A DNA stretch of 48,018 nucleotides from Desulfatiglandales bacterium (GCA_046498285.1 JAWOBA010000012.1:1-48018); one strand, 5' to 3'; positions 9,669 through 20,086 are shown, counted from the first letter of the stretch. Notes: a model not told the origin generated them from the letters alone. Numbers and translations are program-made.

Positions 9669-10493
9669 TTATCCTTTAATAGCCCCAGCCGATAATCCAG
9701 TAACAATACGCCGTTGAAAAATCAGTACCATAATAATCAAAGGAGCCGTTGTTATAAACGATGCAGCTGCTATTTCTCCCCATGGAATAGTATGCTCTCC
9801 CTGAAACAGGGCAATTCCCACAGGCATTGTCTGCCTGGCAGGATCGGTCATTATCAACAGGGCCAGAAAAAATTCATTCCAGGCATAAATAAAGCTCAGA
9901 ATGGCAGCTGTAAATAGACCTGGAGCCGATAGAGGCACTATCACACGTATTAATGAACCAAGCCTGGTGCAGCCGTCTACCAGGGCTGCCGCCTCCAGCT
10001 CTTCAGGCATTTCTCTGAAAAAAATTGCTAAGATCCAGACAGCCAACGGGAGGGTAAGGGCTACATAGGGCAAAACCAATCCCTGGTAAGTATTCAGCCA
10101 TCCCATAAATCGCAGGAAACGCCAGATAGGTCCTGCAATGGCGATTTGTGGAAACATAGCACATGCAAGAATCCCCATGAGAATAATTTGTGCCCATCGA
10201 CGAGGCAGCCGTGCCAGTGCATACCCTGCTATGGTACCCAGTGATATGGTCACCATGGTAGCAAATCCAGCCACAATAACAGAATTCAATAGGTAATGGA
10301 TGATGTCATACCGTGTAATAGCAGAATAAAAGGAGGTCATGGAAAAAGAAGGTAACCACTGGGGTGGGATAGCAGTTATCTCTGTCTGGTTCTTGAAGGC
10401 CGATAAAACGAACCACAAGAAAGGAGCCAAAGAAAATCCCGCAGCCAGAAAAACACCAACGACAAACAAGATTTTTTTTAAGAATCCTTTCAT
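9669..10493 (-). CDS. Carbohydrate ABC transporter permease (MalG-like)
   Basis: Hydrophobic segments, EAAALVDG loop, WNEF. Confidence 0.92.
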   Translation of the reverse strand: MKGFLKKILFVVGVFLAAGFSLAPFLWFVLSAFKNQTEITAIPPQWLPSFSMTSFYSAITRYDIIHYLLNSVIVAGFATMVTISLGTIAGYALARLPRRWAQIILMGILACAMFPQIAIAGPIWRFLRFMGWLNTYQGLVLPYVALTLPLAVWILAIFFREMPEELEAAALVDGCTRLGSLIRVIVPLSAPGLFTAAILSFIYAWNEFFLALLIMTDPARQTMPVGIALFQGEHTIPWGEIAAASFITTAPLIIMVLIFQRRIVTGLSAGAIKG

Positions 10494-11380
10494 GATACAC
10501 TAGCCTCTAGTAAGCGCCGCCCAACCATGCGCACATATAGAATTGCAAGAACCAGCACAATAATGAAAATACATACAGATATGGCTGACCCATAGCCCAT
10601 CCATCCTTCCACAAACATTTTTTTATAACCGTAAAGCTGGAGGACATTTGTTGCATTTGCTGGTCCTCCTTGAGTCATTACAAAAGCAAGATCGAATACG
10701 CGAAATGCATCAATGGTTCGAAATAGCAGGGCTACAAGGAGCGCAGGTCGGATTAATGGCCATGTAATGTGCAAAAAGCGACGCCAGACTCCCGCACCAT
10801 CCACTCTGGCGGCTTGATAAAGCTCTTCCGGGATAACCTGTAGCCCAGCCAGGATCAGCAAAGCAGCAAAAGATGAGGTCTTCCATATATCTGCAAATAT
10901 AATAGATAAAAATGCAGTTGGGGGCAAGGCAAGCCATGGGATATATTCGGTTGTAGCAGCTCCAAAAATCGCATAATTGATCACGCCGTAGACATCGTTA
11001 AATAAAAACCGCCACATCTGTGCAGAAACTACCGTGGGGATGGCCCATGGGATTAGCACACAGGCCCTTAGCGCACCGCGTCCAGGAAAACGATAGTGGA
11101 TTAGAAGGGCAAGAAAAAGCCCAATCAAAAGTTCAAAAAAGGTAGTGGTACCCACAAAAATGACCGTAATCCAAAAGGAATGCCTCGCAACCGGATCATT
11201 GATGAGTTCCTTATAGTTGTCCAGCCCTATAAAAGGACTTTTGAGTTGTGGAAGCCCAATGATGATCCTATGAAAACTCAGAAAAAATGAATGGACGATA
11301 GGCGCTGCAATGAAAAACAAAAGGACCACTATCACCGGAACAAGCAAAGCCAGGTAAAAGTTTCGGTCCCTTTGAATCAT
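10490..11380 (-). CDS. Carbohydrate ABC transporter permease (MalF-like)
   Basis: FIGLDNY, ELYQAARVDGA, TQGGPANAT. Confidence 0.92.
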   Translation of the reverse strand: MIQRDRNFYLALLVPVIVVLLFFIAAPIVHSFFLSFHRIIIGLPQLKSPFIGLDNYKELINDPVARHSFWITVIFVGTTTFFELLIGLFLALLIHYRFPGRGALRACVLIPWAIPTVVSAQMWRFLFNDVYGVINYAIFGAATTEYIPWLALPPTAFLSIIFADIWKTSSFAALLILAGLQVIPEELYQAARVDGAGVWRRFLHITWPLIRPALLVALLFRTIDAFRVFDLAFVMTQGGPANATNVLQLYGYKKMFVEGWMGYGSAISVCIFIIVLVLAILYVRMVGRRLLEASVS

Positions 11381-12669
11381 TTTTGGGTCATAGCTCCCAG
11401 CTTGAAAAGCTTTTCGACCTTGGTGGATGTCAAAGTAGCCATCTCTGACAGATTAGAGTCTGTTTTTACAATTGCCTGACTAAAGAAACGCTGAAGTTCC
11501 TGGCTGATCATAGGATAAACAGGAGAAAGAGGCCGGGGTCTCGCTTTTTCAAAAGCAGGCAGAAATGCCTTCAAATGTGCTCTCTTTTCTTGTACCTCAT
11601 GGTCTTGGTAAACTGACTTCCTTGTAGGAGCCAGGCTTGCCTGTAATGCAAAAATCTTCTGTGTTTCATGGGAGGTCATAAACTGGATAAAGCGCCATGC
11701 CTCTTCGGGATGTGTGGAATAATGGTTTATGCCAAACTGCCACCCCCCAAGGGTTGAGGCGGAACTATGTCCAGGAAAGGCAGGCAGGTTTCCCACCCCA
11801 ATTTTGCCGGCAACCCTGGATTTTTCAGGGTTGTTAGCCACTGCCCACGCATATGGCCAATTGCGGTGAAAGATGGTCTTGCCTTGAATAAAAAGATCCA
11901 ATGATTCGGGTTCTTCATAATTAATTGCACCTCTGGGTGCAGCCTTGCCGATTATCCTATCACGTACGAATGCAACTGCATCAACAGCAGCAGGTTCATC
12001 CAAAATTGCCTTACCAGTTCCATGGTCGATAACCCCTCCACCATTAGACCATATGAACTCCATCATGTCGCAGACCAACCCCTCATACTGCTTAAACTGG
12101 CCCGAATAAATGTGGAGGCCTGGATCATTTTCGCCTTGCATAATTACCTGCCCCTGGGTGAGCATTTCATCCCATAATGAGGGTGGTTTGAAATTATATT
12201 TTTTTAGGAGATCTTTTCGGTAATAAAAGAGGCCGGCGCTAAGATAGCAGGGCACGCCATATATTCTTTCATTATACGTGTTTGCGGTGATTGGCCCGGG
12301 TAGAAATTTATTTTGTTCTTTGACGGGAAACCTTGACGTGAGGTCTAAAGCCCAGCCAGCATTTGCAAATTCAGGAGGCCATATGACATCCATAAAAAAT
12401 ACATCTACCGATTTATCTCTGTTTTTAAGACGCTGGGCAACAATTGCGTGATATTCGGTGGAAGAATGCGGTCCAACTTGAACCTTGATGTGAATATCCG
12501 GATTTTTCTGGCGGAAATTTTGAATCACTTTATCCCAAACCTCTGGCTGGTTGGGCTTCCATGTCAGAAAAACAACCGTCGTTGGTTCTTCCGCCCATGT
12601 GAATGTAAAGCCGATACAGAGTAAACAACTTATTCCAAAGGCGATAATCATGATCTTTATTGTTTTCAT
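11377..12669 (-). CDS. Carbohydrate ABC substrate-binding protein (trehalose/maltose ThuE-like)
   Basis: Signal peptide; DVIWPPEFA, QYEGL, RNWPYA, LGGW, PRP motifs. Confidence 0.88.
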   Translation of the reverse strand: MKTIKIMIIAFGISCLLCIGFTFTWAEEPTTVVFLTWKPNQPEVWDKVIQNFRQKNPDIHIKVQVGPHSSTEYHAIVAQRLKNRDKSVDVFFMDVIWPPEFANAGWALDLTSRFPVKEQNKFLPGPITANTYNERIYGVPCYLSAGLFYYRKDLLKKYNFKPPSLWDEMLTQGQVIMQGENDPGLHIYSGQFKQYEGLVCDMMEFIWSNGGGVIDHGTGKAILDEPAAVDAVAFVRDRIIGKAAPRGAINYEEPESLDLFIQGKTIFHRNWPYAWAVANNPEKSRVAGKIGVGNLPAFPGHSSASTLGGWQFGINHYSTHPEEAWRFIQFMTSHETQKIFALQASLAPTRKSVYQDHEVQEKRAHLKAFLPAFEKARPRPLSPVYPMISQELQRFFSQAIVKTDSNLSEMATLTSTKVEKLFKLGAMTQK

Positions 12670-12693
12670 CGTAAACCCCCTTTTTAAAAATAC

Positions 12694-13554
12694 TTAGTTT
12701 GCCATTGCAAGCTTGGATTTTATAGTGTCAGATTGTACAGTTATAAGCTCAGATCTGTGCCGATTTACAATTTCTCTATAAAGGATAGGACGTCTGTTTG
12801 GATAAATCGCTTCTTCCGTTCTCCATTTTTGGCTTTCACTGAGATCGATATCAGCCTCGATGATATTCTCTTTAGAACCTGAACTTATTACTATATCCCC
12901 TTGCGGGTTAAAGATGGCACTGTAGCCTGAGAAAAAAGGTCTTGGCCTATTGGCATAAACAACAAAAACCTGGTTATAAATGGCAGCCCCTACGAATCGA
13001 CGCCACATATAATCAACGGGAAAGGAGGCTGGCACAGCCGAGATATTTACGACAACATCCGCACCTTTAAGTGAAAGAACCCTCCATACCTCTGAAAATG
13101 CCGCATCAAAACATATATTTATGCCAATTTTTCCAAATGGAGAATCAAAAACCTTCAGCTCCCTGCCAGGGATAAAATTTTCAGTCCAGTGGACATGCGT
13201 TTTTGTATAACTCTGCGTCAAATCTTTGTCTATGTAAGTTGCGACGTTAAAGTATCGTTCGCCCCACCTTTTTACTTCTCCAATAATTACCCTAGCATCT
13301 AAAGTTCTCACAAATTGATAGAGATCTCTAGATACTGCACTGTACATAACTTTCATTTTTCTGTATAAAAATCCCTCTGGTTTTTCAAGGGAAGGATGAC
13401 CATGCAAGATCAATTCAGGAAAAATGATCAGATCATACGATTTGTAGTTATTGATGATATTTTTTACCCGGTCAATATGTCTCTGGATATTTTCAGAATT
13501 ATAATTTATTTGTGCTATGCATATTTTTCTTATCTTCTTTGTATTTTTTGCCAT
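12694..13554 (-). CDS. Carbon-nitrogen hydrolase (nitrilase superfamily)
   Basis: Glu-Lys-Cys triad in FPEL, YTKTH, NICFD; start at MAKNTKK. Confidence 0.9.
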   Translation of the reverse strand: MAKNTKKIRKICIAQINYNSENIQRHIDRVKNIINNYKSYDLIIFPELILHGHPSLEKPEGFLYRKMKVMYSAVSRDLYQFVRTLDARVIIGEVKRWGERYFNVATYIDKDLTQSYTKTHVHWTENFIPGRELKVFDSPFGKIGINICFDAAFSEVWRVLSLKGADVVVNISAVPASFPVDYMWRRFVGAAIYNQVFVVYANRPRPFFSGYSAIFNPQGDIVISSGSKENIIEADIDLSESQKWRTEEAIYPNRRPILYREIVNRHRSELITVQSDTIKSKLAMAN

Positions 13555-13767
13555 TTTTTTGTAATCCTCGTATACATTGATGCATACAATAAACAAATGA
13601 TAGTATGCTTGAATTATTAGTACAGGAATTTTGGTAGTTATTCAAAATGTTGTGATTTTAGCCCCGCCGTCTGGTAAAATTGATGTTTCTTGAGAGAATT
13701 AGAATCCGGTCAGATACAGATTTTATATATCTATACAAATAGACACAGCTGCCAAAAAAAATCTTAT

Positions 13768-15393
13768 TTAATCGACCAAAAATGGGGGTATATATCTTTT
13801 CTGGATATCTTCTTCTATTCGCTGCACATAAATTCGGGCTGCATCATCGCCATACATTTTCTGGCCATAGCGATATATGCTGCCTTTATCTCTACTGATG
13901 TTTTCATTAACAAGGTCGGGGTCAATATCGCTGATATACTTCTTGGCAATTTTGGCAATAATTTCGTGGATCCCTGAACCAGATTGTGCAGGGCTCTTGG
14001 ATCGGAATGCAATATGAGGAGGAATTCCTAGTTCAACGGCTGCCTGGCGATGAACAGTTTTTCTAAGATCATCGTTTGTATCTTGTATTTTCAGTCTCGG
14101 AGACATCCGCATGGCGGTTTGGATTAAATATTTATCAAGATATGGGGCCCGTAGTTCAATTGAGTGGGCCATAGTAAGCTTGTCTTCCCTTTCAAGGGTA
14201 TCAGTAGAGGAAAGAATCAAATCCTCCCAGAGTCTCTCATGAAGCCCTAAGTAACCAAAATCACTAAGGGTATTTTTATACCATGGGTACCCCGCAAACA
14301 GTTCATCAGCTGCTTGCCCGGTAAACATGACCCTAATATTATCTTCTGCTGCCAATTTGGCTGCCAGATACATGGGAATAGCAACCTCAACCTGCAAAAG
14401 ACCGCCTTCTTCCACATTTTGAATGATCTCAGGCAATATCTGCTCAACCATATCTTCTGTGATGATGGTCGTTTTGAGCTCGAGACCCAGTTCCTCAGCT
14501 ACTGAGTACGCAGCCATAATATCCCCGGACTCTTCAGTCCCAGTGCAGTAGCAAATAATATTTTTCCCCTCGCGCTGTAACAGTTTTGAGATAAAAACAG
14601 AGTCAATACCCCCAGAAAATATAACACCGATCCGGGACATGCTGAGTCCCATTAGTCTTTTTTTGACCGCTTTAATAAGGGCATCCTTGTAAATTTCTAC
14701 AGCCTCACGAAATTCAACAATATCAATCTGGGGAAATTGAAGATGAAATCCTTCGCTCACCTCCAGACCGGAATTATTTATACTGAGGATATCTCCGGGA
14801 TTTAACCTTTTTGGAGTATCCTTACCATTCCATAGGGCCTTTTTTTCTGAAGCAAAATAGGTGATGTTATCATTTATTATGTAATAAAGGGGGGTTTTGC
14901 CTATAGGGTCTCTGGCCACGACAACAGTCTCGCCGTCTGTTACAGCAAGGGAATATGTTCCGTCAAGGAGCCCTATAATCTTTTTTATAGCAGTCAGAAG
15001 ATCACCTTGATAAACCTCCTCCAGTAAATGAATAATTATCTCGCTGTCGCTATTCGTCTTGATTTCATGGTGTTTATACAAAAGGGTTCTTAGTTTTTGA
15101 TAATTATAAATATCTCCGTTATGAATCAACGCCAATTTGTCATCACAAGAAATATAAGGCTGAGTCATTTTTTCACCGCCCATAAGCTTCAGTCTTGAGT
15201 GACCCAATGCGATGTGAGTCTCATTCGAAAGCTCTTCCTTCATTTCATCTATTTCATCAACCTTGACTATCCTTCCATCCAAATATGCGCCATGTGTATC
15301 CGGTCCTCTATGTTCCATTTTTCTTAACATGTCATAGACATCCTTTGACTCGGTCTTACCATTTCGCACAAAGTGTCCGCATATGGTACTCAT
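13768..15393 (-). CDS. Asparagine synthetase B-like ATP-dependent amide ligase with atypical glutaminase domain
   Basis: HRGPD, HNGDIYNY, ARDPIG, PP-loop SGGIDS, GQAADELFAGY, ELRAPYLD; AAGGAG RBS before MSTICGHF. Confidence 0.88.
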   Translation of the reverse strand: MSTICGHFVRNGKTESKDVYDMLRKMEHRGPDTHGAYLDGRIVKVDEIDEMKEELSNETHIALGHSRLKLMGGEKMTQPYISCDDKLALIHNGDIYNYQKLRTLLYKHHEIKTNSDSEIIIHLLEEVYQGDLLTAIKKIIGLLDGTYSLAVTDGETVVVARDPIGKTPLYYIINDNITYFASEKKALWNGKDTPKRLNPGDILSINNSGLEVSEGFHLQFPQIDIVEFREAVEIYKDALIKAVKKRLMGLSMSRIGVIFSGGIDSVFISKLLQREGKNIICYCTGTEESGDIMAAYSVAEELGLELKTTIITEDMVEQILPEIIQNVEEGGLLQVEVAIPMYLAAKLAAEDNIRVMFTGQAADELFAGYPWYKNTLSDFGYLGLHERLWEDLILSSTDTLEREDKLTMAHSIELRAPYLDKYLIQTAMRMSPRLKIQDTNDDLRKTVHRQAAVELGIPPHIAFRSKSPAQSGSGIHEIIAKIAKKYISDIDPDLVNENISRDKGSIYRYGQKMYGDDAARIYVQRIEEDIQKRYIPPFLVD

Positions 15394-15581
15394 AAAAACT
15401 CCTTTCTGTTTAATCCGCCGAAGAGCAAGCCAGCCAAAATACCGGCTGATAAAAGGTTTCATGTGTCTCAGGTGCACTAGCTCCCCGTTGGGATGATTGA
15501 GGATATCCCAATCAATTCCCCATGTTCTATTGGAGAAACATTTATTTTTTTATCCCGGTAAGATCATTTTACTGGTAACCG

Positions 15582-16934
15582 TCAGAGCCCATAGGCCTTG
15601 ATCTTTTTATGAAGATTGCTTCTCTCCACTCCTATAGCTTCTGCAGTTTTAGAAATATTTCCGCCAAATTGGGACAATTTACGAGCGATAAAGTCTTTTT
15701 CAAATGTCTCTCTGGCTTCTTTAAAGCTGTCAGAAGAAAAAAAGGTGTCCAGTTCTCTATGTTCACTCCTTAATCTATTGTATGGGAAAGGTAGATCTTT
15801 TACATCAATTTCGGTGCCGGGATACATAATAGCCATCCTTTCCACCAGATTCTTAAGCTCCCTGATATTGCCTGGCCAGGTATACTTTTTTAGCGATTCC
15901 AAGGCGTTAGGGCTTAAAAATTTTCGTTCTTTTTTAGTATCAAAAGAAAACTCAGTGAAAAACTCATTCACAAGTTCTTGTATATCATCGGTACGCTCCC
16001 TTAAGGGGGGAACCCTTATAGGTATAACGTTGAGGCGAAAATAGAGATCTTCTCTGAATCTTCCCTTAGCAATCTCTTCTTCAAGATTCTTGTTTGTTGC
16101 TGCAATAACCCGTACATCCACCCTAATAGTTCTATTTCCACCTACACGCTCAAATCTCTGCTCTTGTAAAATACGTAGAACCTTAGACTGAGCCTTTAGA
16201 CTCATGTCACCAATCTCATCTAAAAATAACATTCCATTATTAGCTTGATCAAATTTACCCCTCTTCATAGTCGTAGCACCGGTAAATGAGCCTTTTTCAT
16301 GTCCAAAAAGTTCTGACTCGATTAAATCTTCTGGTATAGCAGCGCAATTAACCTCTATGAAGGGTTTGTCCTTTCTTTTACTTAACCTGTGGATTGCATG
16401 GGCCACTAATTCCTTCCCGGTGCCGTTTTCTCCCACAATAAGCACCCATGAATCAGTTGGTGCAACAATCCCTATCTTCTCTTTTAACTCGGAAATGGGT
16501 TGACTATGCCCGGTTATTTGATGTTTTCGCCTATCTTTTTCTTTGAAAATATCAAGTTCTGTTTCCAGCTTATTGTATTTCAATGCGTTATTTACTGATA
16601 AAAGGACCTTCTCCAGAGAGAGGGGCTTCTCAATAAAATCATGGGCACCTAATTTTGTAGCCTTTACTGCAGTTTCGATAGTACCATGGCCTGAGATCAT
16701 TATCACTTGCGCACTTGGGTATAATTCCCTTATCATCTCCAGCGTTTCCATGCCGTCTATATCCGGCATCCAAATATCCAGCAATATAATATCCGGAATG
16801 GTTTCCCGTATTATATCCAGAGCCTTCAGCCCTCCATCTGCAGTCATAACCTCAAACCCTTCATCAGTAAGAATACCGCGTAAGGATTGAATTATACTTG
16901 GCTCGTCATCTACTATGAGTACTGTATCTGACAT
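15582..16934 (-). CDS. Sigma54-type response regulator (NtrX/NtrC family)
   Basis: Receiver LLDIWMP, AAA+ GENGTGKE, GSFTGA, WPGNIREL, Fis-type HTH. Confidence 0.92.
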   Translation of the reverse strand: MSDTVLIVDDEPSIIQSLRGILTDEGFEVMTADGGLKALDIIRETIPDIILLDIWMPDIDGMETLEMIRELYPSAQVIMISGHGTIETAVKATKLGAHDFIEKPLSLEKVLLSVNNALKYNKLETELDIFKEKDRRKHQITGHSQPISELKEKIGIVAPTDSWVLIVGENGTGKELVAHAIHRLSKRKDKPFIEVNCAAIPEDLIESELFGHEKGSFTGATTMKRGKFDQANNGMLFLDEIGDMSLKAQSKVLRILQEQRFERVGGNRTIRVDVRVIAATNKNLEEEIAKGRFREDLYFRLNVIPIRVPPLRERTDDIQELVNEFFTEFSFDTKKERKFLSPNALESLKKYTWPGNIRELKNLVERMAIMYPGTEIDVKDLPFPYNRLRSEHRELDTFFSSDSFKEARETFEKDFIARKLSQFGGNISKTAEAIGVERSNLHKKIKAYGL

Positions 16935-17043
16935 ATATTTTTCCGTGTTCCGTGGTCCGTTGTGATTGTAACTGACAATTCACCGCTGGCAACTGACCGC
17001 TTTGTTTGGCTAGCTTTAGGCCTGCCTATCCTGCTCCGCAGGA

Positions 17044-18201
17044 CTAAGGGGAGCCGTTTAACCCCATCATCTCCCCTGCAATAAAGGCAGTATTTTTGGC
17101 AGTGCCACCCTGACCAAGCTGCTCATGCACCAATTTTAGTTCTCTTTTCATATCCCTTTTTAAGGCATTATTTTTTAGGATGACCAAAGCTTCTTCTGCC
17201 AAACGAAGTGCTGTTGCCTTACCTTGAATCAATTCTGGAACTATGTCTTTACCCGCAACTAAATTTACCAAGCCAATGTTAGATACCTTTATAAGAAATC
17301 GACCTAACACATAACTTAAGAAGGATACCTTATAGGCTATTACCATGGGAGTTTCCATTATTGCTGCCTCTAAGGTAGCAGTCCCTGAGGCAATTAGAGC
17401 TAAATCCGCTATTTTTAATATTTGCTTAGTGTCAAGTCGTTCAACCTTAATATCTATTTTGGCTCTTCTTATATAGGGTGTGACGACATTCTCTTTCACA
17501 GTGGACGCTAAAGGTAAAACACAATACAAATCAGGATAATCGCGTGAAATAATTTCGGCTGCGCCGATCATTGCCGGCAACATTCTCGCAATCTCCTCCG
17601 ACCTGCTTCCAGGTAAAAGCCCAAGTATCGGAGTTCTATTAGGGTTAATATTTAAATTATTCTTAATACTTTTCTTGTCCATTCTCGGCAGCGAGATATC
17701 TAAAAGTGGATGGCCAACATATTCTGTTTCTAGACCGTGCCTCTGGTAAAATTTTTTTTCAAAGGGAAGAATTACTGCTACCTTGTCTACCCTTTTAGCT
17801 ATTTTCTTCACCCTTCCTTCCCGCCATGCCCATACCTGTGGTGGAATATAGTAAAGCACAGGGATACCAAGTGAGTGAGCTTTTTTGGCTAAATGTAAAT
17901 TAAAGCCGGGATAGTCAATAAGTATCAAAAGATCTGGAGGGGTGCTGTGTAATAACTGTTTTAATTCTCGTAATGCCCGAAAAATGTATCTGCTTTTTGG
18001 TATAATTTCGGTCATTCCTACTACGGCCATAGCTGATAATTGATACATAACCCTGACACCAACCGTTTCCATTTCCGGACCACCGAGACCAAAAAATTCT
18101 ATACAAGGGTTTAATTCCCTTATCGCCATGACCAAATGCGCCCCATAAACATCCCCTGAGGCCTCTCCTGCAATAATCATGACTCTTTTGTTATGGTTCA
18201 A
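17044..18201 (-). CDS. lpxB: Lipid-A-disaccharide synthase
   Basis: AGEASGD, IDYPGFN, PQVWAWR, LPGSR, SGTATLE. Confidence 0.96.
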   Translation of the reverse strand: MNHNKRVMIIAGEASGDVYGAHLVMAIRELNPCIEFFGLGGPEMETVGVRVMYQLSAMAVVGMTEIIPKSRYIFRALRELKQLLHSTPPDLLILIDYPGFNLHLAKKAHSLGIPVLYYIPPQVWAWREGRVKKIAKRVDKVAVILPFEKKFYQRHGLETEYVGHPLLDISLPRMDKKSIKNNLNINPNRTPILGLLPGSRSEEIARMLPAMIGAAEIISRDYPDLYCVLPLASTVKENVVTPYIRRAKIDIKVERLDTKQILKIADLALIASGTATLEAAIMETPMVIAYKVSFLSYVLGRFLIKVSNIGLVNLVAGKDIVPELIQGKATALRLAEEALVILKNNALKRDMKRELKLVHEQLGQGGTAKNTAFIAGEMMGLNGSP

Positions 18202-19220
18202 TTCAGAATTATGTCTTGGCTTTTATTTTTTCTTATCTGGTCAATGATAGAAAGGGCTACCTCTAAGGCCTTTTTCCCATCAAGTCCTGTAACTTTTGGC
18301 TCTGTCTTCGTTTTTATAGACTCAACAAAGGATCTAATCTGATCAGCTAAGGGATCACTATCGGGAAATTCATCCTCTTGATAAACTATAGGTGACAAAT
18401 CAGCAGCATATTTCTCATTACCTGTAAACCGGGATACATTGATCTTTCTCCTGCCATAATCGATTGAAATACAGTTATCTGGCTGGATAATCCTTATTAT
18501 TCGAAGTGATTCATTTGAAATCCTACTTGCGTTTAAATTTGCTACCGTACCATTGGAAAACAGTATCCTCACATTCGCAATATCGATTTTACCACTCACA
18601 ACAGGAATCCCAAAGGCATGTATCTCTTGAATTTCGGAATTAACTATGTGCAGGATAATATCTAGATCATGAATCATAAGGTCTAAAATCACATCTACAT
18701 CGGTGCCTCTGTTTGTAAACAAGCCATACCGATGACAATCAATAAAAAGAGGTAGTGAAAGCATTGATTCCATCTTGATTACAGCAGGATTAAAGCGTTC
18801 TACATGTCCTATCTGTAAAATAGCGTTCCTCTTTTTTGCCACCTCTATCAGCCTATCAGCATCACTCAGTTCAAATGTGATAGGCTTCTCAATTAACAGG
18901 TGTATGCCATGATCCAAAATATCATGCCCAATTTCAAAGTGTGCCATTGTTGGAACAGCTAAACTCAGCCCATCTACATGGGTAAGCAGTTGAGTGTGGC
19001 TATCGTAAGCCTTCGTATTATACTTACGTGCCATCTCTTGCGCCCTTTCAAGATTTATATCGGCAATCCCAACAAGATCTATATCTTCCATAGAGGCATA
19101 CTTCTGGACATGAAATTCACCCAAGTACCCTACCCCGACAACGCCTAACTTCAATCTCTGCTCCGTTGCCTTCCCTGTTAAAATTTCTCTTACGGGCAAG
19201 CCTGTTGTCTTTTCTTTCAT
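18198..19220 (-). CDS. Gfo/Idh/MocA oxidoreductase, probable GnnA (UDP-GlcNAc 3-dehydrogenase)
   Basis: GVGYLG, EKP, GHVERFNP, DLMIHDLD; located inside the lpx operon. Confidence 0.75.
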   Translation of the reverse strand: MKEKTTGLPVREILTGKATEQRLKLGVVGVGYLGEFHVQKYASMEDIDLVGIADINLERAQEMARKYNTKAYDSHTQLLTHVDGLSLAVPTMAHFEIGHDILDHGIHLLIEKPITFELSDADRLIEVAKKRNAILQIGHVERFNPAVIKMESMLSLPLFIDCHRYGLFTNRGTDVDVILDLMIHDLDIILHIVNSEIQEIHAFGIPVVSGKIDIANVRILFSNGTVANLNASRISNESLRIIRIIQPDNCISIDYGRRKINVSRFTGNEKYAADLSPIVYQEDEFPDSDPLADQIRSFVESIKTKTEPKVTGLDGKKALEVALSIIDQIRKNKSQDIILN

Positions 19221-19247
19221 ACCGATTGCTCATTATTAGCTATTATT

Positions 19248-20048
19248 TTATCTTGACACTATAGTAATGCCATTACTGTCTGCCAACTGTATCATTTCCG
19301 CTTTATCAAAGACGAGGGTCTTGCTTGCTTCAATTGCCAAAACAGATGCATGAACCTTTGACATAACCTCTACTGTGCTCATACCAACAGCAGGTAAATC
19401 AAATCTAAGATCCTGATTTGGTTTACAAACCTTAATAACAACCCCACCTTCTTTAGCCAATGTTCCTCCTCTTAATATCGTCTTATCAGTCCCATCTATA
19501 GCTTCTACCGCTAAGACTGTCTTTCTGCTGACCACAACACAATGCCCTATATCAAGGCGACCCAATTCTTTAGCTATCATCCAGCCGAATTCTATATCTT
19601 TCATCTCCTTTTTACTCGGTTTTCTCTTGGTGAGACAACCAGAAGGTGCTAAAATTTCTGGGAGATAATCAGTTGAACTGACAACAGCTATTCCTTCCTT
19701 TTCAAGCTCCCTAGCCACAGCTCTTAAGATATCATCATCGTGGAAAATTAATAATTTCCCCATGACTTCTAGCCCTTTTAGATCTGGTTTTACATTGGAA
19801 AACATCTTAGCCTTAGTAACTGCCCCTGCCATCAAAACATGACGTACTTCCCTTGATTTGAAAACCTTGAGTAAATGGCCAAACTGTCCAAGTTCTATCC
19901 AGGTAATTTCATCAACTTTCTCAGCCAAATCTGGCATGGTTTCTCCTTTATGTGCCACGGCAATTACCTTTAAACCTCTTCTCTTGGCTGATTCAGCTAT
20001 CAAAAAAGGGAACTTACCGCTCCCCGCTATAAGGCCTATCTTTTCCAT
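19248..20048 (-). CDS. lpxI: UDP-2,3-diacylglucosamine diphosphatase LpxI
   Basis: GLIAGSGKFP, LDIG, AVEAIDGTD, KPNQDLRFDLP; after lpxA. Confidence 0.9.
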   Translation of the reverse strand: MEKIGLIAGSGKFPFLIAESAKRRGLKVIAVAHKGETMPDLAEKVDEITWIELGQFGHLLKVFKSREVRHVLMAGAVTKAKMFSNVKPDLKGLEVMGKLLIFHDDDILRAVARELEKEGIAVVSSTDYLPEILAPSGCLTKRKPSKKEMKDIEFGWMIAKELGRLDIGHCVVVSRKTVLAVEAIDGTDKTILRGGTLAKEGGVVIKVCKPNQDLRFDLPAVGMSTVEVMSKVHASVLAIEASKTLVFDKAEMIQLADSNGITIVSR

Positions 20049-20086
20049 TTTCAATTAATGATTAGCAATTATCAAATGCTCATTGT

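Noticed and set aside
15420-15490. TPP, c-di-AMP or glycine riboswitch
   Set aside because: Only partial motifs; the TPP 3' half is absent and glycine-like words are on the wrong strand; kept only as an unclassified leader
16942-17001. Short heptamer repeats (TCCGTGT/TCCGTGG/TCCGTTG; AACTGAC)
   Set aside because: Too short and degenerate to assign a function
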